From positions 62,001 through 113,995 of the forward strand of contig JABANN010000035.1 in assembly GCA_013115125.1 (NCBI GenBank): a stretch of 51,995 nucleotides of DNA. The letters run 5' to 3'. This stretch comes from Perkinsus olseni (lineage: Eukaryota). The translations under genes were made by a program, and so were the position numbers. Numbering within the stretch: position 1 is the first letter of the stretch; each line of letters opens with the position of its first letter. Below, in pieces: positions 1 through 12,598 of the stretch. The notes below the pieces were generated by a model, which did not search any database, was not told the DNA's origin, and worked only from the letters and a program-made list of their open reading frames with translations.

Positions 1-195
1 GTATCACACTGAATCTTGATCTTTGAAGCTGTCACGGACAGCTGATGTCTATCGGCATGATAAAAATTGCATTGCACAACGGGAGTCGATGGCCGATGGT
101 AGCTCCCATAAAGATGAGCGAGGTGTCCTCAGGAGCGACTACAGAGGGGCTGGCAACGGCATCGTAGCGAAGCGCAGCCCGCCTCACAGATCTTA

Positions 196-1097
196 CTGTC
201 AAAGACGATCATAAATCCCATGCGACCCTCCGAAACCGGACGATACCTGCCGGAGATGAAACATAGAGGGTGTCTCGCCATCCAGCTTTCGCGCTGAATT
301 TCTCGTGAAAGACGAAGTGTTCGGTGAAGATTTTCTGTCAGCGCACGGTCGGGAGTATACCTAGCGCCATTACCGGCCAACCTTCGGAGCTTCAGCTAGC
401 CCGAACGGGAGCACCGTCTCATCGACCTGGTCCCTCTCGATGCTCTAACGGCGGGGAGGCTGCTATGGTGGGCTGCTCGGAGCGATCTCACTGCTTGTGC
501 GTCCGAGATGCGCCGCTTCAGGCCGAGAAAATTCTTAACATTGCGAGGGGTCATGCGACCGTTCTCGCTCAAGGTCTGAGGATGATCAAGTCAGTCGACC
601 CTGATTGACACTAAAAAATCCGGAGACAGCGTGTCCGAGTGGTTAAGGAGGTGGACTAGAAATCCACTGGGCTCTGCCCGCGCAGGTTCGAATCCTGCCG
701 CTGTCGTTATAATCACCAACAAAGTCCATCTTTGCTAAGTCCTCATCAAACACACCCACCTTCCCGTCCGCTCTGTAGCTCGAATACGTATCCTCGATCT
801 CCACCATCGACCACTGATCCGCGCCTTCACAGCCTCTAGTTGACAGAACAGTCTACAACCGCAGCGGGCACTGACACGATGGTTCGCCAAGTGCACGCAC
901 CTTATAATACAGAGTAGGATGGTCCGTCGGAGGAGTATGTGCATCAACCGCTGCGTTGTTGACCTAGTGGAAGGGGTATCACGATCATCCAACGCCTCAC
1001 CACAGGGTCTTACAAATGCATTGACCAGAGACGTCTTACCACTGCCGCCCATCCCGAGCAGGGTGACACGCAGAATCGGGCAAGTCTCGGCAGCCAT
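196..1097 (-). CDS. Atypical Ras-superfamily small GTPase, multi-exon, 3' end unresolved (may run off the window)
   Basis: Hand-spliced through GT-AG introns: MAAETCPILRVTLLGMGGSGKTSLVNAF|VNNAAVDAHTPPTDHPTLYYK|TVLSTRGCEGADQWSMVEIEDTYSSYRADGK|TLSENGRMTPRNVKNFLGLK...YRPVSEGRMGFMIVFD. It has a P-loop GxxxxGKT, a switch-I PT, a G3-like IEDT and the beta4 strand GFMIVFD. Confidence 0.7.
625..706 (+). tRNA. tRNA-Ser (AGA)
   Basis: 82 nt. Acceptor stem GACAGCG/CGCTGTC, D-loop AGTGGTTAAG, anticodon arm GTGGA-CTAGAAA-TCCAC, long variable arm GGGCTCTGCCC, T-loop GGTTCGAATCC. Confidence 0.97.
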
Positions 1098-2074
1098 AGT
1101 TTACATATGAAGATGACGAGACTGTGTTAACAACCCGGGAGATGCTCTTCACCTCTTGGCGAAAAAAGGCGGACTTGTCATTCCCGACTCTCGCGCCTCT
1201 CTGCCAATCCTGGATGGAATTCTGCGCACCACCGGAAGTCGGTAGAGCACCATTTTGGAGAGTACAAAAATCGTACGTCCAAATAAGATTTGTGAGCTCG
1301 AGCAGCCCTGCCAATCTCCCAGACCATTCACAGACGCAACACATAACCCCTTCGAGAGCATCAACTTCCTTGACGGAGGGAGGGCGACAACAACATAATC
1401 AGCAGCCGCATGCGATCATTCAGTAACGATGCCGAGTCGTAACTTCTCTCCCTGATATCCAGTGGATATTATCCACCACCTGGCAGACTACTCGTGATGA
1501 TACGCCGGACCATTGGCTGAAGCCCTGCGAAAAAGCGTCGCTACACGACAGCCACCCTCATCTAGAAGCCCCTTGACTATCCTCTACCATCCTTCACAGC
1601 AGGATGAAGTGAGAGAGCTCAGCTGGTGCTACTACTGACTAGCTCCGTCCACAACAGCTCGGACCCTCACCCACTCTGACGACTACAACCCAACAGGTAA
1701 GGTATGCTCCTCTTATACTCCACAATATACCCGATGCAAGCAGCAGCAGTGCAGGAGACGCTACTGGCTTGGCTTACGTTAGAGAGGAGACGGAGGAGGA
1801 CGAAGACTAATGTACTGATGGGTGAATAGTCTGGTGAATTTATTCTACACATAGTTGTTCGCTTAGTTGTGGCGACCTCTAGGGCGAATGAGGAGCAGTT
1901 GTTGCCTCGGTGCGGGCGGACATGACCGGAGGGCTCGACTTGGTTGGCCGTGATTTCGTTTCCACTGGGGCATCGGCATGGGACGAGAAGCAAAACAGCT
2001 TCTCATACCTAAGGTTCGACATATCCAACCTTGAACCATGCAAGATACAGAAAAGCTCAACAACCCAACCCCTA

Positions 2075-4429
2075 CTACCATCTCCGCTCCACTCCGGTGG
2101 CTTTCGCTACGTTCTTCCCCTCAGGTGCCGCTTCCTTCTCCCTCTCATCATCACCCTCCGCCGTGCTCCTCACGACCGTCTTCCAATCCTCAGCTGGGCC
2201 ATTGCTCTTCGCCCCAACCTCATTGGTATCTTCAACCTCCGACGATGAGGATTCCCCCTTATCCGACTTCTGCATCCTTTGCCTCGTCCGCAGTTCATTG
2301 AGCTCATTCGTGACCCTCTCCAACTTCGCCTGAAACAACCCCACGAGTATTCGACCAAAACGATAGTATCCACCGCCCTGCCAATACACAAGTCATTGCT
2401 ACACTACAGCCTCGCCGGTATAACCTCCGTTTTCCCAAATTTCTCTAAAAATTGCAGGCGCCCCAACAGTGTAAAAAATCTAGACCTTACAACTCCATCG
2501 CAGGAGAATGCTACTCGGTCTCAAACCTCATCAATCAACCAATGAGCAGCATACACAGCAGCCGCTGACCTCAACTCAAGCATATGTAACGGCACATCTA
2601 ACAAAGCATTCACGCAGTATCCCTTCACAAGACTGACTGAACTCCCCTTAATGGTTACACCAAACCTGCTACCCCCATACGCGAGAAAATATCCGCACGC
2701 TTCTCTCCACCTCTTGCTGCTAGCTCGAGTACGACCGGCCCGTCATCACCTTCAGCCGGGTTATCTCTTCATCCCTTTCCTTGCAGCCATTGGCCAGTGC
2801 ACGATTCACCATCTCCAGCGTAACCGACTGACCCTCCGGAGGTCCCATCATGAAACGGTTAGATTCTCCCTCCTGCTTCGCCAACTCCAACCTGATGATT
2901 ACCAAGCTACACATCCACACCAGATCTTCGACTGGGGAAACTCGGCATCTTCATTTCTGTTTTTTCCTAGCATCAACCTCACGAGTTCGAATTCTCCTCC
3001 TTCATACCATCAGTTTCAACTCTATAAGAAATGCACAACATCGTTTTACACGGATTAGCTACACGAAGAGCTGCCAGAATTCCTTCGTCGCAAAATTTTC
3101 CCGACCTTAGATACCCTCATCATCATCACCCCACGCCTAAGTCCAGCTTCGAACATGCCCAAGAAATGGACCACGGAATTGGCCCAAAATTTGTTATCGA
3201 TTCCACCAAAGTCCCACACGGCGAGCGACTGCATATTGGCGCGAGTCCTTTCACCTCCTGCTGTCCGTCCCCGAATATTACGTCTGCTCCATGGCCTGGT
3301 CAAAGATTCTTTTCGATCCTCGACTACCGGCACTACTGAAACAGAAGTATCGTAAACCGACGCCGCCTGGGAGGGGCTCTACTCTTCCGTAGGTTGGACG
3401 ATACTAACAGTACTGTCACCCTCATCCGGTATCTCCTCATCACCGTCATCATCTGCCCCACTGCTAGCGGCCGCTGCGGTATCACTAGCTCTTAGGCGAT
3501 CAATCTGATACGAAAACCGGAAATTTAACTGTCTGCGCTGATGCTCGGCAATCACAATGACAGTCTACTGCGGAGCTCTCATAGAACTCGATTAGCACTT
3601 CGAGACATCGCTACACGCGAAGTTCATAACGATGGCTACGAGCGAGCACGCGTGCAGCTATCTGTAGTCGCTATGTACAACCAACTCTCAGGCACATTCA
3701 ACGGAGCTGAATCTATCAACCTGCCCGTGAAACGACTTCTACCTGTGCTGCTATCATACCACATGGCGATGCCAAGGACGGGCCAGGTAATCGTCGACAG
3801 GGAAGCGTCGAATGCCCCTTGAACTCAGTAAAACCCTTACCTCCTCTTTCAGTTGCTTCTCGTTAATTTCCTTCTCCATCTCGACGTCCTGTAGCCGGCC
3901 TTTCAAAGCGTTAACCTACACCTATACGTTACCGCAAGGCAAGGCTCTCCTCGCAACTTGATATCCGTCAGTTTACGAAGAACCGGCTCGACCTTGCAAG
4001 ATCGCTTCAGCGGAATCTCCAAAGTGCAACGACACTCCCATGACGGTAACTCTGCGGCCGACTCAACCGGTCGTAAACTAACGAGCGGTAACCGACAAAT
4101 GCTAATAATGCGGCTCATAGGTAGTTGGTCTACGCTGGTGACAACCAATGCCGCGAAGACGCGAACGCACTCGACGATTTTGGAAGCCGCTGAAGACCCA
4201 AGAGACGCTTGGAAGAGATGGGAGCCAACAGTACCTCGCTCTCCAACTTCCTCATCCCTCGCAAAGCGGATACTGTAGCATTCCGCGCCTTGGCCAGTTC
4301 TATTTGTTGTCGAGTTCCCATGTCCATCGGCCAGATGACGTCAGATGCATGAGCTGATACCGCGACGTCTACCTCCGGTGGAGGGCTGAGTAGCACGGCG
4401 TGAGGATCGTTACTGTAGCGACTCGCCAT
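2075..4429 (-). CDS. Hypothetical multi-exon protein with coiled-coil and acidic segments; boundaries uncertain
   Basis: Same-strand exon-like pieces: RLELAKQEGESNRF...RALANGCKERDEEITRLK, AKLERVTNELNELRTRQRMQK and acidic DDDGDEEIPDEG. No family recognised. Confidence 0.35.
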
Positions 4430-6810
4430 GGACGTTGCATAGGAGAATGTCGAGTCCGTCCTGAGAGACCGGAAACAGATGCGGCCGGGTCCTCTGGTTT
4501 CGATCGAGGAAATGACGGAAATTAACCTCAGCCCACATCATTCTGTTTTTTACTCTAAAGTACATGAGCCGAGGTGTTCTGACGCTTGGGCGGGTAATGA
4601 TGTATCCGAGCTGGACATGGAGTTCGAGCCCGTCTTTATGGGCTCGAAGCGCCCTCTGGGATACGAGAAGGGTTGCGTGACGACGTTAAGCGTATAAACC
4701 GTGAATGTCCTCGGGACTGTCCTCAGACTTTCACAATTTTTGTCTTGAAAATACCTTCCCACATCCGATTCCCCTCATCCCCCTATAAAGAGTCTGATCA
4801 CGAGGGGTCTTAGAACAAGTATTGCAGCGAAAGAGGGCGTCCAGTGAATTTCAGGCTAAAGCAGAGTGAACACGGCTCTCAGGGAAGAATTAAGTCCGCG
4901 CAGAATCTCATAGATCACGCTAACCAACACGTAGCTTGTGGCGGTCCCGCATAAAGCTGTTTCCCGGCAATAACTACGACAGCCGAACCACCATAGTACC
5001 TCTTCACCCTGCCGGCTCCGTTAGGTTGATCAGAGTTTTCCATAAACAAACAAATAATGGCCTGAGAGAGCTATTAAGCATCAGCGCGCTGGACACGTCT
5101 CTGATTCATTATTCACCACCACCTGCCAATTTTAATCCAACTGGGCGAGCGAGAAGAAAAAAGATTCTCTTCCGGCTGCGCAGCACTGCAGTGACTACAG
5201 TCTGTCAATCGTAGCTCCTGGCGATACACTTAATGGATCGGGTGTTGCTAGCAATAGGAACTCGAGGAAGAGGAGAAGAAGACGCCGCTCCGATACCTCA
5301 TCCCTGTGGTCTGCCAAACAGCGAAGATACTTTGGTCCAGTGTTATTATCGTAGTTAATAATTATCGTTGCACAAGTTCCCAATGCCTGCTGCTTCTGCC
5401 ACTACCAACGCCAGCAAAGCGAATAAGGACAGTTTTCAGCACTCTAAGGCATTTACTGACGAAGATAGTAATAACCGGGATTTGGTGGTGCGCTGGTATA
5501 CGAAAAGTCGCTTTACTATGTGCGGTCGGATAAATCCAAGGCTTCTACTCATCACCGTTGGTGGCCTTCGGGAGGGGAGTTCGGGTTGACAGTTCGATGA
5601 GGGTGATGGTGTAGTTGAAAAAAGTCCGAATAGGAATCTCCAGCCTATACCACATTTCTGCGAACTCGTGCTCATCTTCCTAACAGTAGTCGACTGTTCC
5701 TTGGCACTCGACCTTCTCAGGTTGCGGAGAGGACCGACCACGGCGGACTGCTCCCATTAGCACTACAGCGTCGGATTCCTCAGGGTAATACCTCTCGACC
5801 TGGGCACTTGCCGCATGACCTGTGCAGCACAAGTCATGCGGCAAGTGGCAGCACAAGTTGTGTTGTTCTTACTTCTGAGAAGCACTGATGTTGTTACCAT
5901 TTTTGTGCTATTTTAGTGGCCGAGATGCGTGATATTATGAATAGTGAATGTAGTGGTGGTCGCCATGAATCGTGGGAAATGTGGTATAGCACCACTAGAT
6001 CCGAGAATAACTTAAGGCGGGTTTATGGTTTTGAGGGGTTTTAAGATTTTAAGGTTTTGGCCTCTTGGCCTGATGAATTTGGCTGAAGGTCGCCGAACCG
6101 TTGCCATTGAGTGACGGATGAGACTCTCACAACTCTGGAACGTTTTCATTTCTTGTTGTCAGGGATGCGACCGTGGATAGCACGGACGACGCCCGGACGC
6201 TGTGGCCTGCTGATGGTGCCCTAGATGGCGCTGTTACTACTCTGAGTGATGATAGGCAGGCTGAAGAGACCCGGCAGCAGGTAGTGGACCGGTTGGTCAA
6301 GCCCTGTAGAATCTCTGCGTCTTTGTGGATTCATCAGAAGAACTTCAGTGTAATAATAGATATTAAGATTGATATTACCTAGTATTGTAACTGTTGGTAT
6401 AACAATATAGACTATCTGTATATAATATTAGCTCATTCATACTCAAATTTATGAAATCTAGTTGCGCGGACGCTACCCGTTTGCAAAGCCGAGCTACGGT
6501 TGGGATCTTAGTTTTGAGAAGACAAGAGATTCCTTATAATGATCTTGAGAAACATACAGACTCCTTCTGACCTAAGACTATCGCCGGCGTATATGCCCAA
6601 TGGCAACAAAGATAGAATCATTCGCCAGAATAGTCGATGATCGTCCGAGGAACGGCGTGTCCTCTATGATAACACTGATGCTGCTACGAGACCTTCCTCG
6701 AGACCCTCCTTCTCTTTCCAACATCGTTAAACCACGTTTGAATCGGAAACGCGCTCTCTAAGTTCTCACGGAACGATCTTCGTCTAGCGTCGTGTCACCC
6801 TTCCCCTCAG

Positions 6811-7958
6811 ACCGTCAAAAGTCTCGCTATTATCACCGAGGCGTATGACAAGTATAAACCCGAAGAGCTCTGCCTGGCCTTCAATGGAGGTACTTAACAT
6901 ATCGTACATGTCTTCGAAAAAATAAGATTTTTATGGACCCTGTTGGTTGGTGTCACGCCGGTTTTCGAGTTTGCAGGTAAAGATTGTACTGTTCTGCTAC
7001 ACATGGTCGACCATGTTTTTCGGCAGAAGCACAGCAAAGGAGTGCCGCTGAAAACTTTGTACGGCGTCGGTGGCAAAGGCCATGAGATGGCGGATTTTTG
7101 GTACTCTCTCAGGTATATAGCAGATCCTAAGAACGACACTTTCGAGGAAGTCGAGAGCTTTATAGCGAACATGCAGAAAATCTACAATTTGGACATCATG
7201 CGGGTAGTAGGACGATGATGGGAGAGAGCACCCCTGTGCGTAGATGAATGGTAGATTCTGAATTAACTGCTCGATTTCACAAGTAAAATTGCTTTGGGGT
7301 TTACTAATCTGGTCTGAGCTTCATTTAATTGCTCTAAGGTTTCAGAAGAAGGTCTGGATATGGCTTAGATGGTATCCATCTGAGTCTTCTCGCAATTCCG
7401 TTTTGGTTTGACTTGCGTGACCAGGTTGTTGGCGGGGTGAAGGTCGGCCTTGAGCGCGTCAAGGAGGAGCATCCCGAGGTAAAGGCCATTTTCATGGGCA
7501 GTCGGTCCACAGGTGAGTTCCCACTGGCTCAATACACCGTCTAAGATACTCACTTCAGACCCCTACTGCGGGGACTTAGTGCCCTTCGCGAGAACGTCGG
7601 AAGGCTGGCCGGATTTCATGCGAGTTAACCCCATTTTGGACTGGAGTTATCGCGATGTGTGGGAGTTCATCGACCTGTAAGTAGCTTCTCGAGGACTTGG
7701 TGTTTTTTTCACGACGGCTGAGTCAGGTACGGAGTGCAGTACTGTGAGTTGTACAAATACGGTTACACTAGCATCGGCCGCAAGAGCGATACAATACCAA
7801 ATCCTGACCTCCTCATCCGCGATGGTGAGCCTCGGTTGCCGTCCTCGCGATGAGGTTTTTTTTTCTATTCAGACGATGGTCATGTCCACTACAAGCACGC
7901 TAGAGAGCTCGTGGATGGGTCCAAGGAACGCTCGGGTCGATACGTCAAACGCCAATAA
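6811..7958 (+). CDS. FAD1: FAD synthase (FMN adenylyltransferase, PAPS-reductase fold); first exon and start codon lie upstream and were not resolved
   Basis: Spliced translation has LCLAFNG|GKDCTVLL, KAIFMGSRST|DPY, TSEGWPDFMRVNPILDWSYRDVWEF, YCELYKYGYTSIG, TIPNPDL and a C-terminal ERSGR. These are hallmark Fad1/FLAD1 motifs. Stop TAA at 7956-7958. Confidence 0.92.
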
Positions 7959-9938
7959 CGGCGGGCGTCTTGGAGCCTCAGCATCACTGTCGAGTCACTT
8001 TTTGCAACATACTTCTGCTTCTCACTGCTGCCTTGTTTCCGGTAGAGTTCCTCTTGTTGTACGATATTGTTGGCTAGAGAGCGGCAGCGTCACGGATATG
8101 ACGATGACGAGATTGTTATCTCGCATGTGTTCTATTTGTTTTGTGGCTGCTGGTCTTGGGTGATTTCTGGGACTTCGCAATTATATGGTTGTTATAATAC
8201 AGTTACTCAGTAGCACAGACTAAGATCTTGTGGCAGGGACAATTCACACAAGTCCGCGGGTTCTTGTGTTCTTATCATCAGGACGGGTTAATCACAATGG
8301 GGGTACTCGGGGAAGAGCAACTTGAATGTAAGCTTGGTAGCTATCTTACGCACGAGGATCGGCGTGAGCCTACGCGCGTACAAGGCGGACGTGTGCGCGC
8401 TTAAGATTAGGAGAGAATGGCGGTAGTTTAATATAGTTCAATGCTAGAGCTAACAAGGTGCTAGCAAAAGGTACAGCCCTTCGCCCCCTGAATGTGGAGG
8501 TAGGATACCAGAGACTGCTGACTCGACCCAGACCGGGTATGGAGTCGGGCAGCTCTCGTGTCCTACTGAAGCGTGGTGGCTTCCAACTGATAGTTGGCAG
8601 CAGACACAGGCTACTGCCTGGCCGCTGGCTCTGACGCTGATGGAGGTTTTACAGGTCAGAGCAGAACCACTCACAGTTCACACTCCTAACCTTTGCACCA
8701 TGGGAAAGTCGTTTGAACGAGAAACTCAGGGAGAGTTTATGTTGTATTATTTATATCAAAGAAGTGCTTTTGTGATCATCCACCAATACCCCAAAACTGT
8801 AACAGTTAAACTGTTAGAAGGTAAACGCTAAAATGCGAAACACCTGTTGCACGTGCACTACAATGGTCTCGTGTAATCGCCCGGCTTGGTGCGACGGATC
8901 AACTAAGACCTGCTGGGGGTGCCTGCGGACTTCAATCTCGAACCTCTACAAAGGTGTTAAGACGACAACATTTGGTATTGGGATGAGCCTGCAAGCATTC
9001 TCCCGTACATGAGAGACTCTTCATCAGGCGTTCGACTTGGAAGGGCTCGTCGAGAGCTTCTCAATAGTTGTTTGCTGCTTTGAGAAGATGTGGGATCTGG
9101 GATTACAGGTAGGGCTGGGACGCCCCAGGCACGTAACGTTCCCGATAGTGTTTAAACTGTGATAGCATAACGCAAAGTTTCTATTTTGCGTCTCTTGAAG
9201 ACGTGACTTGTCAGGTGTCAGCCCAGGGGCAGGTGTCAGCCCATTGCAGGACTCTTCTGCGCGCCCTGGCCATTAGTTCCACGCAGGCTGTGACGCTCAG
9301 ACCAGTTACTGTGGCGAGTGTGCCCAACTCACCGATTTTTTTTCTTTCTTTGTACGGGGCAGGTTCAGCGTCCTATTCATTGATGTATATCGGCATAGTG
9401 CCCTGTCCTGCTTGGTCGGCGGCTGTATATGGATATTGCTGTATATCTGCTTAATCGAGCCGCTGAGTCAAGATGATAGCCCAATCCTGTGGTGCCTTGC
9501 GTTCGAGTCGAGGTTTGGCACGCGAAGGCAATGAACTGTATCGCTAAGTAATCACCCAGTCCTCGTTGTTTGCACAACACAACAGTGCAAGATGACAAAA
9601 TTCTCCATTTAAGAGACGGATAGACGCCCTCAGGAAGAAAACCGGAGGATCCTACGATACAACCGTTCTCAAATGGCGATAGCGTTGTTGTCTAGAATAG
9701 CGAGAGAATTCGTAATACAAAAAATCTGAGTCCATTCGCTTACTGCTGGATAATACGATCCACGTCATATGACGGTAAGCTTAACGGCAATTATACAAGC
9801 ATCCAACCATGTTCTTAAGAACATGGTTAACGCCCAAACATCATCACAGTAGCGTACGTTCCAGTAGGCTTTCCTGGTAATATAAAATTCAACGTATGCG
9901 ACACTACAGTCGCGAAACTCATACCACAACTACAGAAA

Positions 9939-11450
9939 TCATTTGGTAGGGGAGACCGTGGCAGAAGCCTGGATGCTGCTTGTCCCACTACCGACTCGGT
10001 ACCTACGCTCGAAGTAGGCCTGAATCTCCTCGAAGGTTTTGCCCTTGGTTTCGGGGACCAGGAATATGACGAACAATACCATGATGAGACAAATTCCAGC
10101 GAAGAGCCAGAAGACACCATAAAAGGTAATAGCTTCAGTGACTTGGTTCAAGAAGTGCGTGACAATGAAAGAACATAACCAGTTGACCATAGTAGCGATG
10201 GAAGCGGCCAATGCTCTAACTTCATCAGGGAAGAGCTCGGCCATTATCAACCACGGTATAGCACCAACACCGAAGGAGAAGGATGCGATATAACAATACG
10301 CAGCCGTGATGGCCAACCATCCAACATTCTGATTACCAGATACATTACTCAGATAAAAGAACAGACCCTCGCAGACAGCGCTGATGCACATGCCTGAAGC
10401 TGCTGTGATTAATAGAACTCTTCTGCCGAGTTTGTCGACGATCGCCACGGCGATGATCGTTACACCGACTTGGACAGCCATAACCGTTAAGGCCACTTCG
10501 TTCCTATTGTCGATGCCTGCCGCTTGAAAGATAGAAGTCTGGTAGAAGATGATAGCGTTGATGCCCGAGAACTGCTGCAGTACTTGTAACATAATGCCGA
10601 TGAAAAACTGCATTCTACTTCTATTCAACGCCTTCAAAGATTTCATAATGGAGCCCTTCTCCTCGGTATCTTTCTTAGCTCGGATAGCGTCAAGGGCAAT
10701 GAGTTCAGCGTTGACCTCGGGGTCGCTCTCATCGGCACCACGCAGCCTGATGAGGACGGATTTGGCTGCCTCGTTGCGAGACTTCTCAGCGAGCCAACGT
10801 GGGGACTCAGGGGCGAAGAACATGCATATCCCGAAGAGGGCAGCAGGGATGATGTAGATGAAGCTGAGGAGCCTCCAATTACAGAAGGTAGTGGAAGTAG
10901 CGTTTGGATCGGTGGACCCTGCCTGAGTGCGGAAGGCCAACCCGAGGACGTAGGCCAGTAGAATGCCGATGGTGATACCGAGCTGGTTGCACGCTCCCAG
11001 CAGGCCACGGTACTTGGTGGGGGCTATCTCACCGATGTAGGTAGGCACACTGAAGGAGCTCATACCGAGGGCAATGCCGATAAGGACACGGGCCAAGATG
11101 AGCTGCCAAGCTGTGTTGGCAAGGCCGATCCAAAGGAAGGCTAGCAGGAAAAGGGGGGATGCTCCAATAAGACTCCACTTGCGGCCGATTTTCTCGTTAA
11201 CAGGACCACCGCCGAGGGCGCCGACGATGGCACCGATGTTGACCATAGAACCGAAGAGGGAGGCTTCGTGGTCAGTACGCAAGACGAAAAAGGAAGATCC
11301 CTGGCCGATCTGGATGTGGTCCCCACCGGTGGTGGTCACGGTGTTCTTCATAGTGTCGATGGCTGGCCCTGAGAACCCCAGAGACAGCCCGAAAAGCAGC
11401 GCTCCGAAGAGGGACGCTGATACGGATAGAACCGCACAGGTATGATTCAT
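9939..11450 (-). CDS. MFS sugar porter (GLUT8/ERD6-like hexose transporter), intronless, 503 aa from the first ATG
   Basis: About 12 hydrophobic segments and sugar-porter signatures: KIGRK, PTYIGEIAPTKYRG, PESPRWL, QQFSGINAIIFY, DKLGRR, GAIPWLIMAELFP, VPETKGKTFEEI. Confidence 0.95.
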   Translation of the reverse strand: MNHTCAVLSVSASLFGALLFGLSLGFSGPAIDTMKNTVTTTGGDHIQIGQGSSFFVLRTDHEASLFGSMVNIGAIVGALGGGPVNEKIGRKWSLIGASPLFLLAFLWIGLANTAWQLILARVLIGIALGMSSFSVPTYIGEIAPTKYRGLLGACNQLGITIGILLAYVLGLAFRTQAGSTDPNATSTTFCNWRLLSFIYIIPAALFGICMFFAPESPRWLAEKSRNEAAKSVLIRLRGADESDPEVNAELIALDAIRAKKDTEEKGSIMKSLKALNRSRMQFFIGIMLQVLQQFSGINAIIFYQTSIFQAAGIDNRNEVALTVMAVQVGVTIIAVAIVDKLGRRVLLITAASGMCISAVCEGLFFYLSNVSGNQNVGWLAITAAYCYIASFSFGVGAIPWLIMAELFPDEVRALAASIATMVNWLCSFIVTHFLNQVTEAITFYGVFWLFAGICLIMVLFVIFLVPETKGKTFEEIQAYFERRYRVGSGTSSIQASATVSPTK

Positions 11451-12159
11451 TGACGATAGCAAAATTATCAACTGGTTCGGTAGCTGTAGCAGGTCGTCTT
11501 GCGCTCGCGTGCTGAAGATCTCGCTACGCCCGATAATGAAAACGCGTACGGGGACCCGAGTGAGCTACCTCACTCAGACACGGTCTTCGGGTAAGAAATG
11601 CCCCTCACGGAGGACGGGGTGTAAGGCCAGAGAAGAAGGGAACTGGAGGGTGGGGGGACAAGCGCCGCTGGAAACTCTTGTGAGCATCGGTCCGTAACCA
11701 GCTATGCACTGACGTGCTAATTCTTTGAATGCGCAATGGGCTGTCCCTTGCGAGCTTGGCTGTGCACTCTTAAAGCAACACCATCACCGTTATACAGCAG
11801 AAGCGATCTCTCACGCACCTCCCTTCAATGAGTCATAGACGTCTTCAACGGGGCTGGTCGGATGGCCCAGCTTCCGAACCTTCCAGTGGCGTGAGTAGCG
11901 TGACATTGCGTCGTCAACGATTTCGCAGCTTGATGTCAAGTGGGTTCATTCCACTATGAACACCCGAGGGTACGGAGTTGTAGTTGTGGGGGGCTGTAGC
12001 TTCCCAGTGAAGGTGCTCAATGGTTGTTGGAACCCAGGGACACTCGAATAGGGTAGACTGATTGGATATGAACAGAAACTCAACTCAATCATCGCCTTCT
12101 CAAAACTCCAATTGTTGCATCGCTCCGCTAGATATGCCTCACCAGCATCAACCTCATTC

Positions 12160-12276
12160 GGGCTGTTCAGGAAAAGACCAATAAACCAGTCCCAGGATCG
12201 ATTGACTGAACAGAAAAAAGCGTCGGTCAATCCTGGGATTGATCCCGAGCCCCGGGATCGATTTACTGAACAGCCC
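12160..12276. repeat. 117-bp element bounded by 11-bp terminal inverted repeats (MITE-like)
   Basis: GGGCTGTTCAG at 12160-12170 and CTGAACAGCCC at 12266-12276, with an internal direct repeat GGATCGATT[G/T]ACTGAACAG. No clean target-site duplication. Confidence 0.4.
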
Positions 12277-12598
12277 AATTAAGTTTGAACGTGGGCAACC
12301 AGCCTTTCTTCCTGTCTTTACTACAGACGAAAAGAAATAAAATCGGTCGAACATAATCAGTTGTGTGCTGTATGAGCTTCGCCGGCTCACTCCTACTACG
12401 ACATCACCGAAGCGACGATAAACCCAAGACGGTCATCACCCCTTCGGTGGCCGGAGTGGCTATTGAAACTATCGGGTAAGCGTCATTCTTCGTCGACAAT
12501 GATTCATTTCCATGCCCTCGCGCACCTTTGCTCTACTGCAAGTGGGTGTCACTAATTCAGTGGGATAACCGTGTTTAACTCAATACGCCCCGTTCGCT

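Noticed and set aside
9212-9243. 14-bp direct repeat CAGGTGTCAGCCCA x2
   Set aside because: An isolated micro-duplication in intergenic DNA with no further structure.
10549-11445. Plus-strand ORFs of 102-123 aa overlapping the transporter
   Set aside because: Antisense shadows of a codon-biased gene, with no independent protein features.
11451-11520. Spliced-leader relic upstream of intronless genes
   Set aside because: No CCGTAGCCAT...GGCTCAAG-like sequence was seen here or before the GT and peptide genes.
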